A stretch of DNA of 64,000 nt from Chthonomonadales bacterium (lineage in GTDB: Bacteria > Armatimonadota > Chthonomonadetes > Chthonomonadales > CAJBBX01). The translations under genes were made by a program, and so were the position numbers. Where the stretch lies: the NCBI GenBank assembly GCA_037443035.1, contig JBBIPC010000005.1, positions 136,040 to 200,039 on the forward strand, given 5' to 3'. Of the stretch, positions 9,648-20,823 are shown one piece after another; positions within the stretch are counted from its first letter, which is position 1, and every line of letters begins with the position of its first letter. The notes under the pieces are model-generated. The model ran no database searches. It saw only the letters and a list, made by a program, of their open reading frames with translations, and was not told where the DNA came from.

Positions 9648-10693
9648 TGGTGCCATCTAGCCACCGCCGTGTGCCCCGTGCTGCCTGGTTCGGCAGCGCC
9701 GGCCCCGATAGCGATGTCGTAATCAGCACGCGTTGCCGTATTGCTCGAAACCTGGAGAACCATGTCTTTCCCCACCGAGCCGATCCGGCGGACCTAGCAT
9801 CCTCGGCCATGCTGTGCCGCCAGGCGATTGCCGGAGTCGAGCCGAATGCCGTTGTGCTGGAGCGAGACCGGCTTTCTGATGACGCGTTCCGCAGTCTCGT
9901 GATTGGGCGGTACGTCACATTCCGCTGGATTGCGTCGGACCAGCCTGGGACGGTACATGTGGACCCTGCGGGGCGCTGGTCCGTCATGGTCCACGAAGAG
10001 GATCACCTGCGGATCCAGGCGGTGGCGGGTGGCTTCGCTCCCGAGGCTGCCATGGAGCCGGCACAACGCATGGCGGAGAGGATTGGCAGGCACTTGCGGT
10101 TGGCTCATCGCCCCGAGCTGGGATACTTGACGGCATCCCTGAGCAATGCGGGTACCGGGTTGCGGCTGAGTTTCTTGCTGCATGTGCCTGCTCTGGCCCA
10201 GGACAAGTCCTATGTCGAGACGCTGATGGCCGCAGAGCAGATGGGCTGCTCGGTCCGAGGAGCCTTCGGCGAAGGTACTCGCGGAACCGGAGCCGTCATA
10301 CAGATGTCCAATAGACACGGCTATGGGCCTGGCGCCCGAAACGCAGTGGATCGGGCCATTGCAGCAACCCGTTACGTTGTAGAACGGGAGCGGGAGGCAC
10401 GCGGAGCGTTGCTGGCGCGGCAGACCGGTCTCGAAGACCTGCAGGCGGCATGCGAGGGAGCCCGGAGTGTTCTCTTGACCTCGGAACCTCCACCGGAGGA
10501 CGTGTTTCGCTGCGTGTCTGTCTTGCGGCTGGGCATGGCCCTAGGTGCAACGAAAGGCGATGTTGTGCGTACTGGAGAATGGATGGCGCTCGCAGGTGTT
10601 ACTCTCTGGGCAGGGCGCCATGGCGGACGGATATCCGAGCGTTTCGAGCGCGTGAGGTCGCTTGCGAAGATTCGGATGGGTCTGCACGACTGA
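9647..10693 (+). CDS. mcsB: McsB-like protein-arginine kinase, divergent active site
   Basis: DVVISTRCRIARNL, HEEDHLRIQ, GYLTASLSNAGTGLR, VRGAFGEG; synteny with clpC. Confidence 0.85.
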   Translation: MVPSSHRRVPRAAWFGSAGPDSDVVISTRCRIARNLENHVFPHRADPADLASSAMLCRQAIAGVEPNAVVLERDRLSDDAFRSLVIGRYVTFRWIASDQPGTVHVDPAGRWSVMVHEEDHLRIQAVAGGFAPEAAMEPAQRMAERIGRHLRLAHRPELGYLTASLSNAGTGLRLSFLLHVPALAQDKSYVETLMAAEQMGCSVRGAFGEGTRGTGAVIQMSNRHGYGPGARNAVDRAIAATRYVVEREREARGALLARQTGLEDLQAACEGARSVLLTSEPPPEDVFRCVSVLRLGMALGATKGDVVRTGEWMALAGVTLWAGRHGGRISERFERVRSLAKIRMGLHD

Positions 10694-10713
10694 AGAACGG
10701 AACGGGGTGATGG

Positions 10714-10742
10714 TTGCGGCCGTCGTCCCGTAATGGTAGAAT
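10714..10742 (+). promoter_or_regulatory. Sigma70-like promoter for clpC
   Basis: TTGCGG-17 nt-TAGAAT with an extended TGn before the -10. Confidence 0.55.
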
Positions 10743-10791
10743 CGCAGTAGTGCGGAACGAAGGATGGCCCGCACGTTAAGGGGTTAGGACC

Positions 10792-13284
<2,493 letters not shown>

Positions 13285-13321
13285 AGCTTTCCAGCTCACC
13301 GCAGTCCGGTGATGCTGTAAC

Positions 13322-13368
13322 GTGCACGGTCCCTGGGCGCTGTCCGCACAGCACTCGGGGACGTGCAC
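13322..13368. terminator. Hairpin between convergent genes (possible terminator)
   Basis: GTGCACGGTCCC ... GGGACGTGCAC imperfect inverted repeat; no U-tract. Confidence 0.3.
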
Positions 13369-13423
13369 TACTCGCCATGCACACCGTTCAGACGGTCCTT
13401 AGTCTCCCGAAGCGTGTGGCAGC

Positions 13424-14365
13424 TCAGCCCCCGCAGCACGCCGGCGCAGGCACGCTTGTGTTGACCGGAAAAGCCGTCTGTACTCCTCCCTGCTGGTGGC
13501 ACTTGGCGACACATGCGTCATAGGAATCCTTGGCTTTCTTGAGGCAGTCGAGCATGGCGTCGAAGATGGCCTTGATCTCCAGGATCGCAGCCGCGCTCAA
13601 GGTCGTCCCTGCGAGGATCGCCGCTAATGCGGGCCAAGTGGTCGGGATGGAGGCGATGGTCAGCCCGGCCCCGATGGTGATGGCCCCTATTTTCACTGCA
13701 GCGATAGCAATGCACTTGGCGACATTGAAGTCGTACTTGATCTGGCACCAGCGTAGACACCAGGTCAGTGAGAACCGACTGTCCGCACGCGTCGAGGTGG
13801 CGAACTGGCGGACGATCCAGGCCGAGAAGAGAAGCGCTCGCACAGGGCTAAGGCGTGTCTGACCTGTTACGACGGGCGCTGTGGATGGCCGTGGAGCAGA
13901 GCTCAGCATGATGACCAGCAGTGCGCTATCGGGTTCTTCCGGCGTCAGCGCGAACGCCCCATTGGCTTGACGCTGGAGCTCCACGAGGATGGTCGGCAAG
14001 TCCGCCACGAGAGGCTCGGGTAGGAAGTTCACAAGACTATCGTGGAGCGACTGAATGGTCGGCCAGCCGTCGGGGTTCGTCGTGCTGAGCTCCAGGGACG
14101 CCCAGTCGCGAACCTCTTGGTCCGAAACTGTGAGCTCGCTGTAGCTACTTCCGGCTACCGAACGGCCGAGCCCTGTCTTGTCGAGGACTGTGTGTACGGC
14201 GGACTCCATGGCGCTCTGATTCTGCGCGGCAGCCAGCCTCTGCAGGACGTCGTCTACGGACGGTACGGCTGCACCGCCTCCGCCACAACTCAGATTGGGC
14301 AATGACAGAGCAGCGAAGGTCACAACCATGATGCGGGCCAGCCATCTTGCACGGAAACGTCTCAT
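13424..14365 (-). CDS. Putative lipoprotein with C-terminal Cys-stapled hydrophobic hairpin
   Basis: Signal peptide ending LSC-GGGG; Cx3Cx10C-55 aa-Cx10Cx3C; ATGA overlap with the upstream gene. Confidence 0.75.
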   Translation of the reverse strand: MRRFRARWLARIMVVTFAALSLPNLSCGGGGAAVPSVDDVLQRLAAAQNQSAMESAVHTVLDKTGLGRSVAGSSYSELTVSDQEVRDWASLELSTTNPDGWPTIQSLHDSLVNFLPEPLVADLPTILVELQRQANGAFALTPEEPDSALLVIMLSSAPRPSTAPVVTGQTRLSPVRALLFSAWIVRQFATSTRADSRFSLTWCLRWCQIKYDFNVAKCIAIAAVKIGAITIGAGLTIASIPTTWPALAAILAGTTLSAAAILEIKAIFDAMLDCLKKAKDSYDACVAKCHQQGGVQTAFPVNTSVPAPACCGG

Positions 14366-16278
14366 CGCTTCTCCCTCCCGATGGAGTGTATGGTGCCGCG
14401 GCGTCTGACACTCCCTGCCATCAGACGTCCGCTATCGAGTAGACTCTGGAAAAGAGATGGTCCGAGGCTGAGTGTGTCCCCAAACCCTTCCTCGGGCTGG
14501 GCACCCGTTCTCGTGCGATATTCGAGTTTGAACCGGTCGTGAGGGCGGATGCGAACGGGTCCCGACCAGTGCGTCTGCGATGGTCCAAGCGGAACGCTCA
14601 AGCGCGCCCCAACCAACCAAGCTACCTCGCCAGCCCTGCGGCTCCGGACGGCGAACAAAGCAGTCTCCGTTTCGGCCATCCACCGGACGACCTCGAGGGT
14701 GATGCCGGCATCTCCTCTTGCGAACCTAGCGACTCCAACGCAGACGACGACATCAGGCTCGACAGGCGCACTGAGCGTACATCCCGCCGACCAGCGGACC
14801 GTCTTCGCGCTCGTGTCCTTCCAGACGCTGCTCTGTACTTCCGCCGCGATGCGACCTCGTGGATCCTGCCACAGAACCTGCCCCTGCGTAGCCAGCGTGT
14901 CCGATGCAGGTCGGCCCACTCGGATGCGCGTCCATGTCCTGTCCAAGGGCATCGCGGTATGCGCAAGCGACACACTCCTCAGCGATAGGCCGCGTCTTCC
15001 GTCGAGGCTGTCATGCGCTACCTGTTCCACGTCGCTGTGCACACTCCAGCCCCGGCCGAGGCGTAGCTCGGCCATGCCCCGTAGGGTCAGGCGGTATGGC
15101 ACCACTCGCGCGCCGAAAGCCGCAGCGACCCGAGGAGTGATCGTCAGATCCACGCTGTGTGCACTGGGTCTCAGGGTCTGCGCATATCTCGCAACACCGG
15201 CTCGCAGCCTCGCGGGTACGACGCGAACGGTCGAGGCGGTAGGCTCTACAGTGGACCATTCTGCTTCGACAACATCCACTTGATCACGCCTCAGCGTTAC
15301 CGTGATGCCGTCGGTACCTGGTGGTGCCATGTCGAGTCCAATCCGGCTCAGCACAGTTAGAGCGTGTTGAGGATTCGCGAAGACCCGACTTTCGGCACAG
15401 AGGTGGAGGTGCCCGTCTGCCAGGGCCGCCTGCACATCCTCCATGCCCAGCTTTCCGATGGCGCGAGCGATGTCTATTGCGGACGCCGGCGCATCTGCTG
15501 GCGTCGGTAGCGGCATCGTGCGGACCGTCTCTGCAAACGCGGCCCGGGACTGTGCTGGAATGGTCCACGATAGTGAGAGTTGGGGATTGCTCAATGCGGG
15601 GAAGCCCAATCCCACCACCAGAGTATCGGTGAGGTCGGAGCGCACCGCTGCGTTGAGGTCTCGCGAATCATGTTCTATGAGAAAAACGACTCTCGGCAGC
15701 AACCGCAGCTCCACACCTGCGAAGAGTCCTTTGATAGCGCCGTGTCCGATGCCGGCATGCATGCCCATGCTATCCCATGCGTAGGACAGGGCCACGTACT
15801 CGGAGGCGGCGACGCGCGTCCCTTCCACGTCTGTACTTCCGATGGCAACGGCTGGCACATGCGCCGTCTGTGCATGGATCTGCCACTTCGCAGACACGAG
15901 CCGATCATCGAACGTCCCGCTCAAGGACGCCGGTGTGTCCGCCACCGCCCCGCAGATTTCGACGCCAGGAAGAAAACCCAGACCAACGCCGTTTATCCGA
16001 CGCGATCGCCACTCTGCAGGGTATCGGACACGGCGAAAACGATCGCTAACGATCGAAAGCGTCGCCACGCCATTCTGGACTACGAACGCGCTGGGAATGT
16101 GATACAGGCCCGTGAAGGCACCGCCCAGGGCCATCGGTGTCACGTGCGATGCGCGTGTGCGAGCAGGCAGTGCATGCGATCCCTCAGGCGAACGCGTTAC
16201 TACGTCCTGGCCTGCGGCGATGCATGGACCCGAGGCCAGCAGGAGGCAAACGCCCAGTTCACGGACGCGGCGGCACAC
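14362..16278 (-). CDS. YjbH-like outer-membrane beta-barrel protein
   Basis: GGAFTGLYHIPSA motif, GLFAGVE/LIEHDSRDLN strands, VARFARGDAG; start taken at GTG 16278 behind AGGAGAGGAG. Confidence 0.7.
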   Translation of the reverse strand: MCRRVRELGVCLLLASGPCIAAGQDVVTRSPEGSHALPARTRASHVTPMALGGAFTGLYHIPSAFVVQNGVATLSIVSDRFRRVRYPAEWRSRRINGVGLGFLPGVEICGAVADTPASLSGTFDDRLVSAKWQIHAQTAHVPAVAIGSTDVEGTRVAASEYVALSYAWDSMGMHAGIGHGAIKGLFAGVELRLLPRVVFLIEHDSRDLNAAVRSDLTDTLVVGLGFPALSNPQLSLSWTIPAQSRAAFAETVRTMPLPTPADAPASAIDIARAIGKLGMEDVQAALADGHLHLCAESRVFANPQHALTVLSRIGLDMAPPGTDGITVTLRRDQVDVVEAEWSTVEPTASTVRVVPARLRAGVARYAQTLRPSAHSVDLTITPRVAAAFGARVVPYRLTLRGMAELRLGRGWSVHSDVEQVAHDSLDGRRGLSLRSVSLAHTAMPLDRTWTRIRVGRPASDTLATQGQVLWQDPRGRIAAEVQSSVWKDTSAKTVRWSAGCTLSAPVEPDVVVCVGVARFARGDAGITLEVVRWMAETETALFAVRSRRAGEVAWLVGARLSVPLGPSQTHWSGPVRIRPHDRFKLEYRTRTGAQPEEGFGDTLSLGPSLFQSLLDSGRLMAGSVRRRGTIHSIGREKR

Positions 16279-16477
16279 ACGTCGCCCCTTCTCCTCTCCT
16301 GTAGGCAACAGGAGACGGCGTTGAGAGAGGTATGAGCAGTATACATGGACTCTTGGGAATCCGCAAGGGATGTCCGGGCACAAACGCCGGCGCGGCCGCT
16401 CTGCTAGACAAGCTCGCCTCTGGTCAGCCGGTCCGCGACCTCAGCAGCGCGCGGCGGGGCGTTCTATCGTTCGGAGC

Positions 16478-17515
16478 TCAGTACCGCTGTCGGTGTGCGG
16501 TGCCGTAGTGCACTGCTTCCTCCAGGAAAGCAGCGATGTTTTCGAAGGGCGTTCCAGAGACGATACCGTTACCTGCAGCCAGGCACATCCCGCCATCCGG
16601 CCTGTCGAAGGTGTCAATGAGGAAGCGTACTTCGGCGCGAACGTCCTCTGGCGTGCCCTCCTGCAGTACATGCTGGACGTCGAGACCTGCGAGAAACGTC
16701 AGACGATCGCCGAACCGCGCAGCTACGTCGCTCTCGTTCATCGTGTGCTTCTGAACGGGGTGGAAGACGTTGACACCAGCTTCGATAAGGTCCGGGAGCA
16801 GGTCGGTGTTATTGCCGCAACTGTGAAGCCAGAAGTGCATGCCTGCTTCCTGGCAGGCCCGTCCTACGCGGGCATAGTAGGGTTCGAGAAACTCAGCGAA
16901 CTGGGCAGGGCGCATCATGGGCTGGGTCTGGTGACCCAGGTCATCGCTCGTCCAGAAGCCGTCGGGCTGCAACTCGCGGGCCGCTCTTCGAATAATGCCC
17001 ACGTAAATCTCGCAGAGGGCGTCATGGAGGCGGTGGACATGGTGGGGGTTCAGATGGTAGTCCATTAGGAGGTTCGTCATGCCCCGTAGATACCAGGGAC
17101 GCTCGAAGAACAGCCCCCACCAGCCGAAGATGACATATCGTCCCAGGCTTTTCTGCTGCTGCACGGAATCTCGGATGCCATCGAAGACACCCGGGCGGTC
17201 CGGCGATGGCAGCTTCTCCACGAACTCGTCGAGGTTCTCCCAAGCAAGCCGCAAGTATCCAGAATCATGGCCCCGGCGCTCGCCATCGGGCTGCGCGAGC
17301 CACGAGAGATCCATGGTCGCGTACGGCACGGGATCCACGAGGTGCAGCTCCGCGTCATGGGGAATGCGATCGAACTCCCGTAGACGCTCGCCGTACTGCT
17401 CCCATAGCCCTTCCCCCCACCATTTGGCCATGACAAGAGGCACCCTCGCCGGATGCCTCCGTTCCACGGCTTTGACTACTTCCTCTCGCGGCAGAGGGGC
17501 GCACGAGTCACTCAC
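16478..17515 (-). CDS. Uroporphyrinogen decarboxylase family protein (URO-D/methyltransferase-like TIM barrel)
   Basis: LRGMTNLLMD, SDDLG, LHSCGN, GLDVQHVLQEGTPEDVRAEV, TPFENI; GTG start at 17515 with GAGG SD. Confidence 0.85.
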   Translation of the reverse strand: MSDSCAPLPREEVVKAVERRHPARVPLVMAKWWGEGLWEQYGERLREFDRIPHDAELHLVDPVPYATMDLSWLAQPDGERRGHDSGYLRLAWENLDEFVEKLPSPDRPGVFDGIRDSVQQQKSLGRYVIFGWWGLFFERPWYLRGMTNLLMDYHLNPHHVHRLHDALCEIYVGIIRRAARELQPDGFWTSDDLGHQTQPMMRPAQFAEFLEPYYARVGRACQEAGMHFWLHSCGNNTDLLPDLIEAGVNVFHPVQKHTMNESDVAARFGDRLTFLAGLDVQHVLQEGTPEDVRAEVRFLIDTFDRPDGGMCLAAGNGIVSGTPFENIAAFLEEAVHYGTAHRQRY

Positions 17516-17570
17516 CGACGTCCGAACCTCACGCGAGTTGCCAGGCCGAACCTGGGAGGCGTTCGCGCCA

Positions 17571-18050
17571 TTACTCGGTCGGATGCATCTCCGTGTCCCC
17601 ATAGAGCGTCTGGATGTACGCCATCTGGCCCTCGTGGTAGGTCATGTTCCAATAGGACATCAGCACAATCTCCAGGAAGGACATGGTGAACCCTTCGGCC
17701 CAGGGCATTGGGATGCGTGTCTCCAGGTCTTCTTCTGGAAAGTCGAGGATGACCTCCACGAGATGTGAAGTGGCCGCATCCAGCTCGGCCAAGGCCTTGT
17801 CGGCAGTGTCCAGTGCGGCGCAGGCAGCCTCGTACTGGCTGAAATCGAACGGCGGTGCCTTCCGATCGAGAAGCGTCTGCGCTGCGTAGCGGTTCATGAC
17901 CGCGCACTCCTGTGCCAGCGACAGCGCGGAACGGCCCGCGTCCAACGGCCTCCAAACTTGCTTGTCAGGCGGCATAGCCTTGAGGTTGGCGGCGATGTGA
18001 CGAGCGGAGTGCTTGGTCATCTCTGCCGCCATGGTTAGCACGGAACTCAT
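17571..18050 (-). CDS. DinB-family protein
   Basis: AMPPDKQVWRP..RSAL and YHEGQMAYIQ motifs. Confidence 0.75.
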   Translation of the reverse strand: MSSVLTMAAEMTKHSARHIAANLKAMPPDKQVWRPLDAGRSALSLAQECAVMNRYAAQTLLDRKAPPFDFSQYEAACAALDTADKALAELDAATSHLVEVILDFPEEDLETRIPMPWAEGFTMSFLEIVLMSYWNMTYHEGQMAYIQTLYGDTEMHPTE

Positions 18051-18168
18051 GGGATTCTCCGTATGATGTAATGGTCGGCCATCCGTCACTATACGGTAAC
18101 TGGGACTGTGCCGTCAAGCCACGTTACCGCGTAGATTGGACTTCGACAGGCAAGGGTACACTGACGCC

Positions 18169-18477
18169 ATGGAGCAGCCGGAAATCGAGCAGGCTATTGA
18201 TATCGCTCTGGAGGGAGCACCGCGTGCAGAGCAACTCAGCGCCATGATCCAGACCCTCCGTCAGCGGAGAGCCGGTCTTGCACGAGATCTCCAGACAGAG
18301 TCGGATGCTGCCAGGCGGAGAGAGATCCAGAAGCGCATGGCCGAACTGGACAAACAGATCGGTACGCTGGCGGAACAGCAGGCGATCTCCCACTTCGTCG
18401 AGATGTCAGTACGTGTCAGCGCTATGCGGCCGGTACAGACCGAAGCCGGCGAGTCTATCGAAGAAGATGAAGACTAG
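18169..18477 (+). CDS. Small hypothetical coiled-coil protein
   Basis: Helical heptad-like sequence; TACACT -10 six nt before the ATG; overlaps the next gene. Confidence 0.65.
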   Translation: MEQPEIEQAIDIALEGAPRAEQLSAMIQTLRQRRAGLARDLQTESDAARRREIQKRMAELDKQIGTLAEQQAISHFVEMSVRVSAMRPVQTEAGESIEEDED

Positions 18478-19357
18478 CGCCGGGCACCGGGACCTCCGGA
18501 CCGCCGCGGCGCTCATTTCTACTCTTCTCTTCTGGGGATCGGCGTTCCCATTCATCCGGCTTGCTCTCGGATCCTACGCTCCAGGGCACTTGACGCTGCT
18601 CCGTTTCCTCGTAGCTTCGGTAGCCATGATCGCCCTCGTCGTCGTGTTCAGGACGCCTCTCCCCGGGTGCCGATACTGGCCTGCCCTGGCGGGTCTCTCT
18701 CTCCTGAACGTGATCGGCTACCACGTGCTGCTCAACTACGGTCTCGTCGCCGTTCAGGCCGGGCCTGGCTCCCTCATCGTGAACACAGCGCCGGTCTTCT
18801 CGTACATCGCAGCGGGACCATTGCTCCATGAGCGCACCGATTGGCGGGCTTGGCTCGGCCTTGCCATCAGCCTTGCAGGCATGTCTATCATCGCGTACGG
18901 CGAAAACGGAGCCATGCGGTTGAACGGAGGCACGCTGCTGTTACTCGGCTGCGCCATTACCTGGGGTCTCAGTACGGTCCTTGTCAAGCCGCTCCTGCGA
19001 CACATGAGCGCCATGCAGGTGGCCGCCATGACGCTGTGGTTCGGGACGACCGGGCTGCTCGTTTTCCTGCCGGGTTTCGTGCACGCGGTCAAGACCGCGC
19101 CGGCGGCGGCAACCTGGAGTATCGCTTACCTCGGAGTGTTTCCCATCGCGGTCTCCTATGCCACGTGGAACTACGTGCTAGCCCACATGCCGGCCACCAG
19201 AGCTGTGAACTACACATACCTGATACCGCTCATCGCAGTTGCCGAGGCGTATGCTATGCTGGGTGAGAGACCGCATCCGGCGTCCATCGCTGGAGGCGCC
19301 ATAGCCATGGCCGGAGTGGTCCTGGCCAATGCCGGAAGGAGGGCGGAGAACTCATGA
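18467..19357 (+). CDS. EamA/DMT family transporter
   Basis: LFWGSAFPFIR, LLRFLVA, LLHER, LGERP; ten-TM pattern. Confidence 0.9.
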   Translation: MKTSAGHRDLRTAAALISTLLFWGSAFPFIRLALGSYAPGHLTLLRFLVASVAMIALVVVFRTPLPGCRYWPALAGLSLLNVIGYHVLLNYGLVAVQAGPGSLIVNTAPVFSYIAAGPLLHERTDWRAWLGLAISLAGMSIIAYGENGAMRLNGGTLLLLGCAITWGLSTVLVKPLLRHMSAMQVAAMTLWFGTTGLLVFLPGFVHAVKTAPAAATWSIAYLGVFPIAVSYATWNYVLAHMPATRAVNYTYLIPLIAVAEAYAMLGERPHPASIAGGAIAMAGVVLANAGRRAENS

Positions 19358-19812
19358 AGCAACTTCGGCTCCTTGTGTTGGTCGCGCTACTCATCGTAGC
19401 CGGGACTCGAGCGCGATCGTTGCCCCTGGGTCTCGGCGTCGGATTGCGCGTCGGTGGTGCTACGGAGAACACCTCCGGACTACTGCTGGGCATGGATTTC
19501 AGCGTGCCTGGCTTCTCCCTGTTTCACGGACTGAAGACACGTCTGGACTTCGATACCTGGGGCCAGCCTACTTCCGGCTGGGACCGAAGCAATGGTGGCA
19601 TCGCAGCGATATTCTCGCAGCTTGCCGACGGCGGAGTCGGTTACGTCGGAGTGGGCGGCGGTGTCTCTCGCCTTCGTTCCCATGGCACCAGCCATACAGG
19701 CGTCGAGCTGAAGTTCATCGCTGGCATGAACCTCCTCGGTCTGGGCGTCGAAGCGAACTATCACGTCGGCAGGATCAGCACCTGGACGGGCATGATCCGC
19801 TTCCGTTTCTGA
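19354..19812 (+). CDS. Small outer-membrane beta-barrel protein
   Basis: Signal peptide, Gly-rich alternating strands, C-terminal IRFRF (BAM-type signal). Confidence 0.65.
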   Translation: MKQLRLLVLVALLIVAGTRARSLPLGLGVGLRVGGATENTSGLLLGMDFSVPGFSLFHGLKTRLDFDTWGQPTSGWDRSNGGIAAIFSQLADGGVGYVGVGGGVSRLRSHGTSHTGVELKFIAGMNLLGLGVEANYHVGRISTWTGMIRFRF

Positions 19813-19817
19813 CGAGC

Positions 19818-20795
19818 CTATCGGCTCTTTCCGGGCCTGAGCCAGGCGAACGCACCACCGGTGGCGACGGCTATGTCTAGAAGTGCCCGTGCTCGCGGCG
19901 TCGGTGCCCCGTCTCCGATGACGAGAGCAAGGCACCGAGGCGGTGAGGTTGCGCGGCCAACCTGTTCGCGAAACCAACGAGCGTCGCCGTCGCTCAAGGC
20001 ACCAGTGGCCTGCGCGATGAGCACGATGTGCGTCACTCCCTGAACGGCCTGTGCCACCGTCAGTGTGGAGGCAAGAGAGCCTCCAGGGGTTGCCGTCCGC
20101 AGCTTGGCCGCGCCGTCTAGAAGCTCCTGAGTCAGACCATTCTCTTGCGCATTAGTCAACGGGACGAGGATGGATGGTTCCTGGCCCGAAACGATAACCG
20201 CCATCCTGTCGTTCCTACCCATACTGCTGACCGCATGGGCGATGGCGCGCATGCTGGCCCGTAGGTAATCCTCTTCGGCGGAAGTATCCAGGCAGTAGAC
20301 CACCGTTACCGGCGCAAGATCCCGCGCGGCCTGTTCGAGCAGGATCCGTCTGCCATCCGCGGGCATAAAAGCCCCAGAGGATGCTCCTGGCGGAGTGGAT
20401 CGCGTGCCGAAGAAGGGTATGCCGCGCGACAGATCCAGTGTGTCCCATCCGACGGGGGGCAGGGTCTCCTGCGAACTCGGTCGTGGCGTCGGCCGCATGG
20501 AGTCCTGCGGCACGGAGAGCACATGTCTCCTCGGATCTGCGAGGATGTCTAGCAGCGGCACGCGAGACGGCGGCGATGGGGGACCGTAGATAGGGCGCGG
20601 CGACGGCGGGCCGTAGATGGGGTACTCGCGCGGGGTTGGCCGAGGTGGCCCCGCGGCTGCTGGCTCCCGCTGTGCAAAGCGCGGAACGGCCGTGACCGCC
20701 CTGGGATGCCTTGCCATGCGTGTGGTCAGCATGAGGCCGAGAATCGAAGTCAGGGTAACCGCCGCAACGAGAATGTGACGCACACTTACATGCAC
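19818..20795 (-). CDS. Membrane-anchored Pro-rich linker plus VWA-like domain protein
   Basis: N-terminal TM, Pro-rich linker, VVYCLDTS (degenerate MIDAS), IAVATGGAF. Confidence 0.65.
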   Translation of the reverse strand: MHVSVRHILVAAVTLTSILGLMLTTRMARHPRAVTAVPRFAQREPAAAGPPRPTPREYPIYGPPSPRPIYGPPSPPSRVPLLDILADPRRHVLSVPQDSMRPTPRPSSQETLPPVGWDTLDLSRGIPFFGTRSTPPGASSGAFMPADGRRILLEQAARDLAPVTVVYCLDTSAEEDYLRASMRAIAHAVSSMGRNDRMAVIVSGQEPSILVPLTNAQENGLTQELLDGAAKLRTATPGGSLASTLTVAQAVQGVTHIVLIAQATGALSDGDARWFREQVGRATSPPRCLALVIGDGAPTPRARALLDIAVATGGAFAWLRPGKSR

Positions 20796-20823
20796 TCTCT
20801 ATGGTACGTCATTGTCGGGCGTC

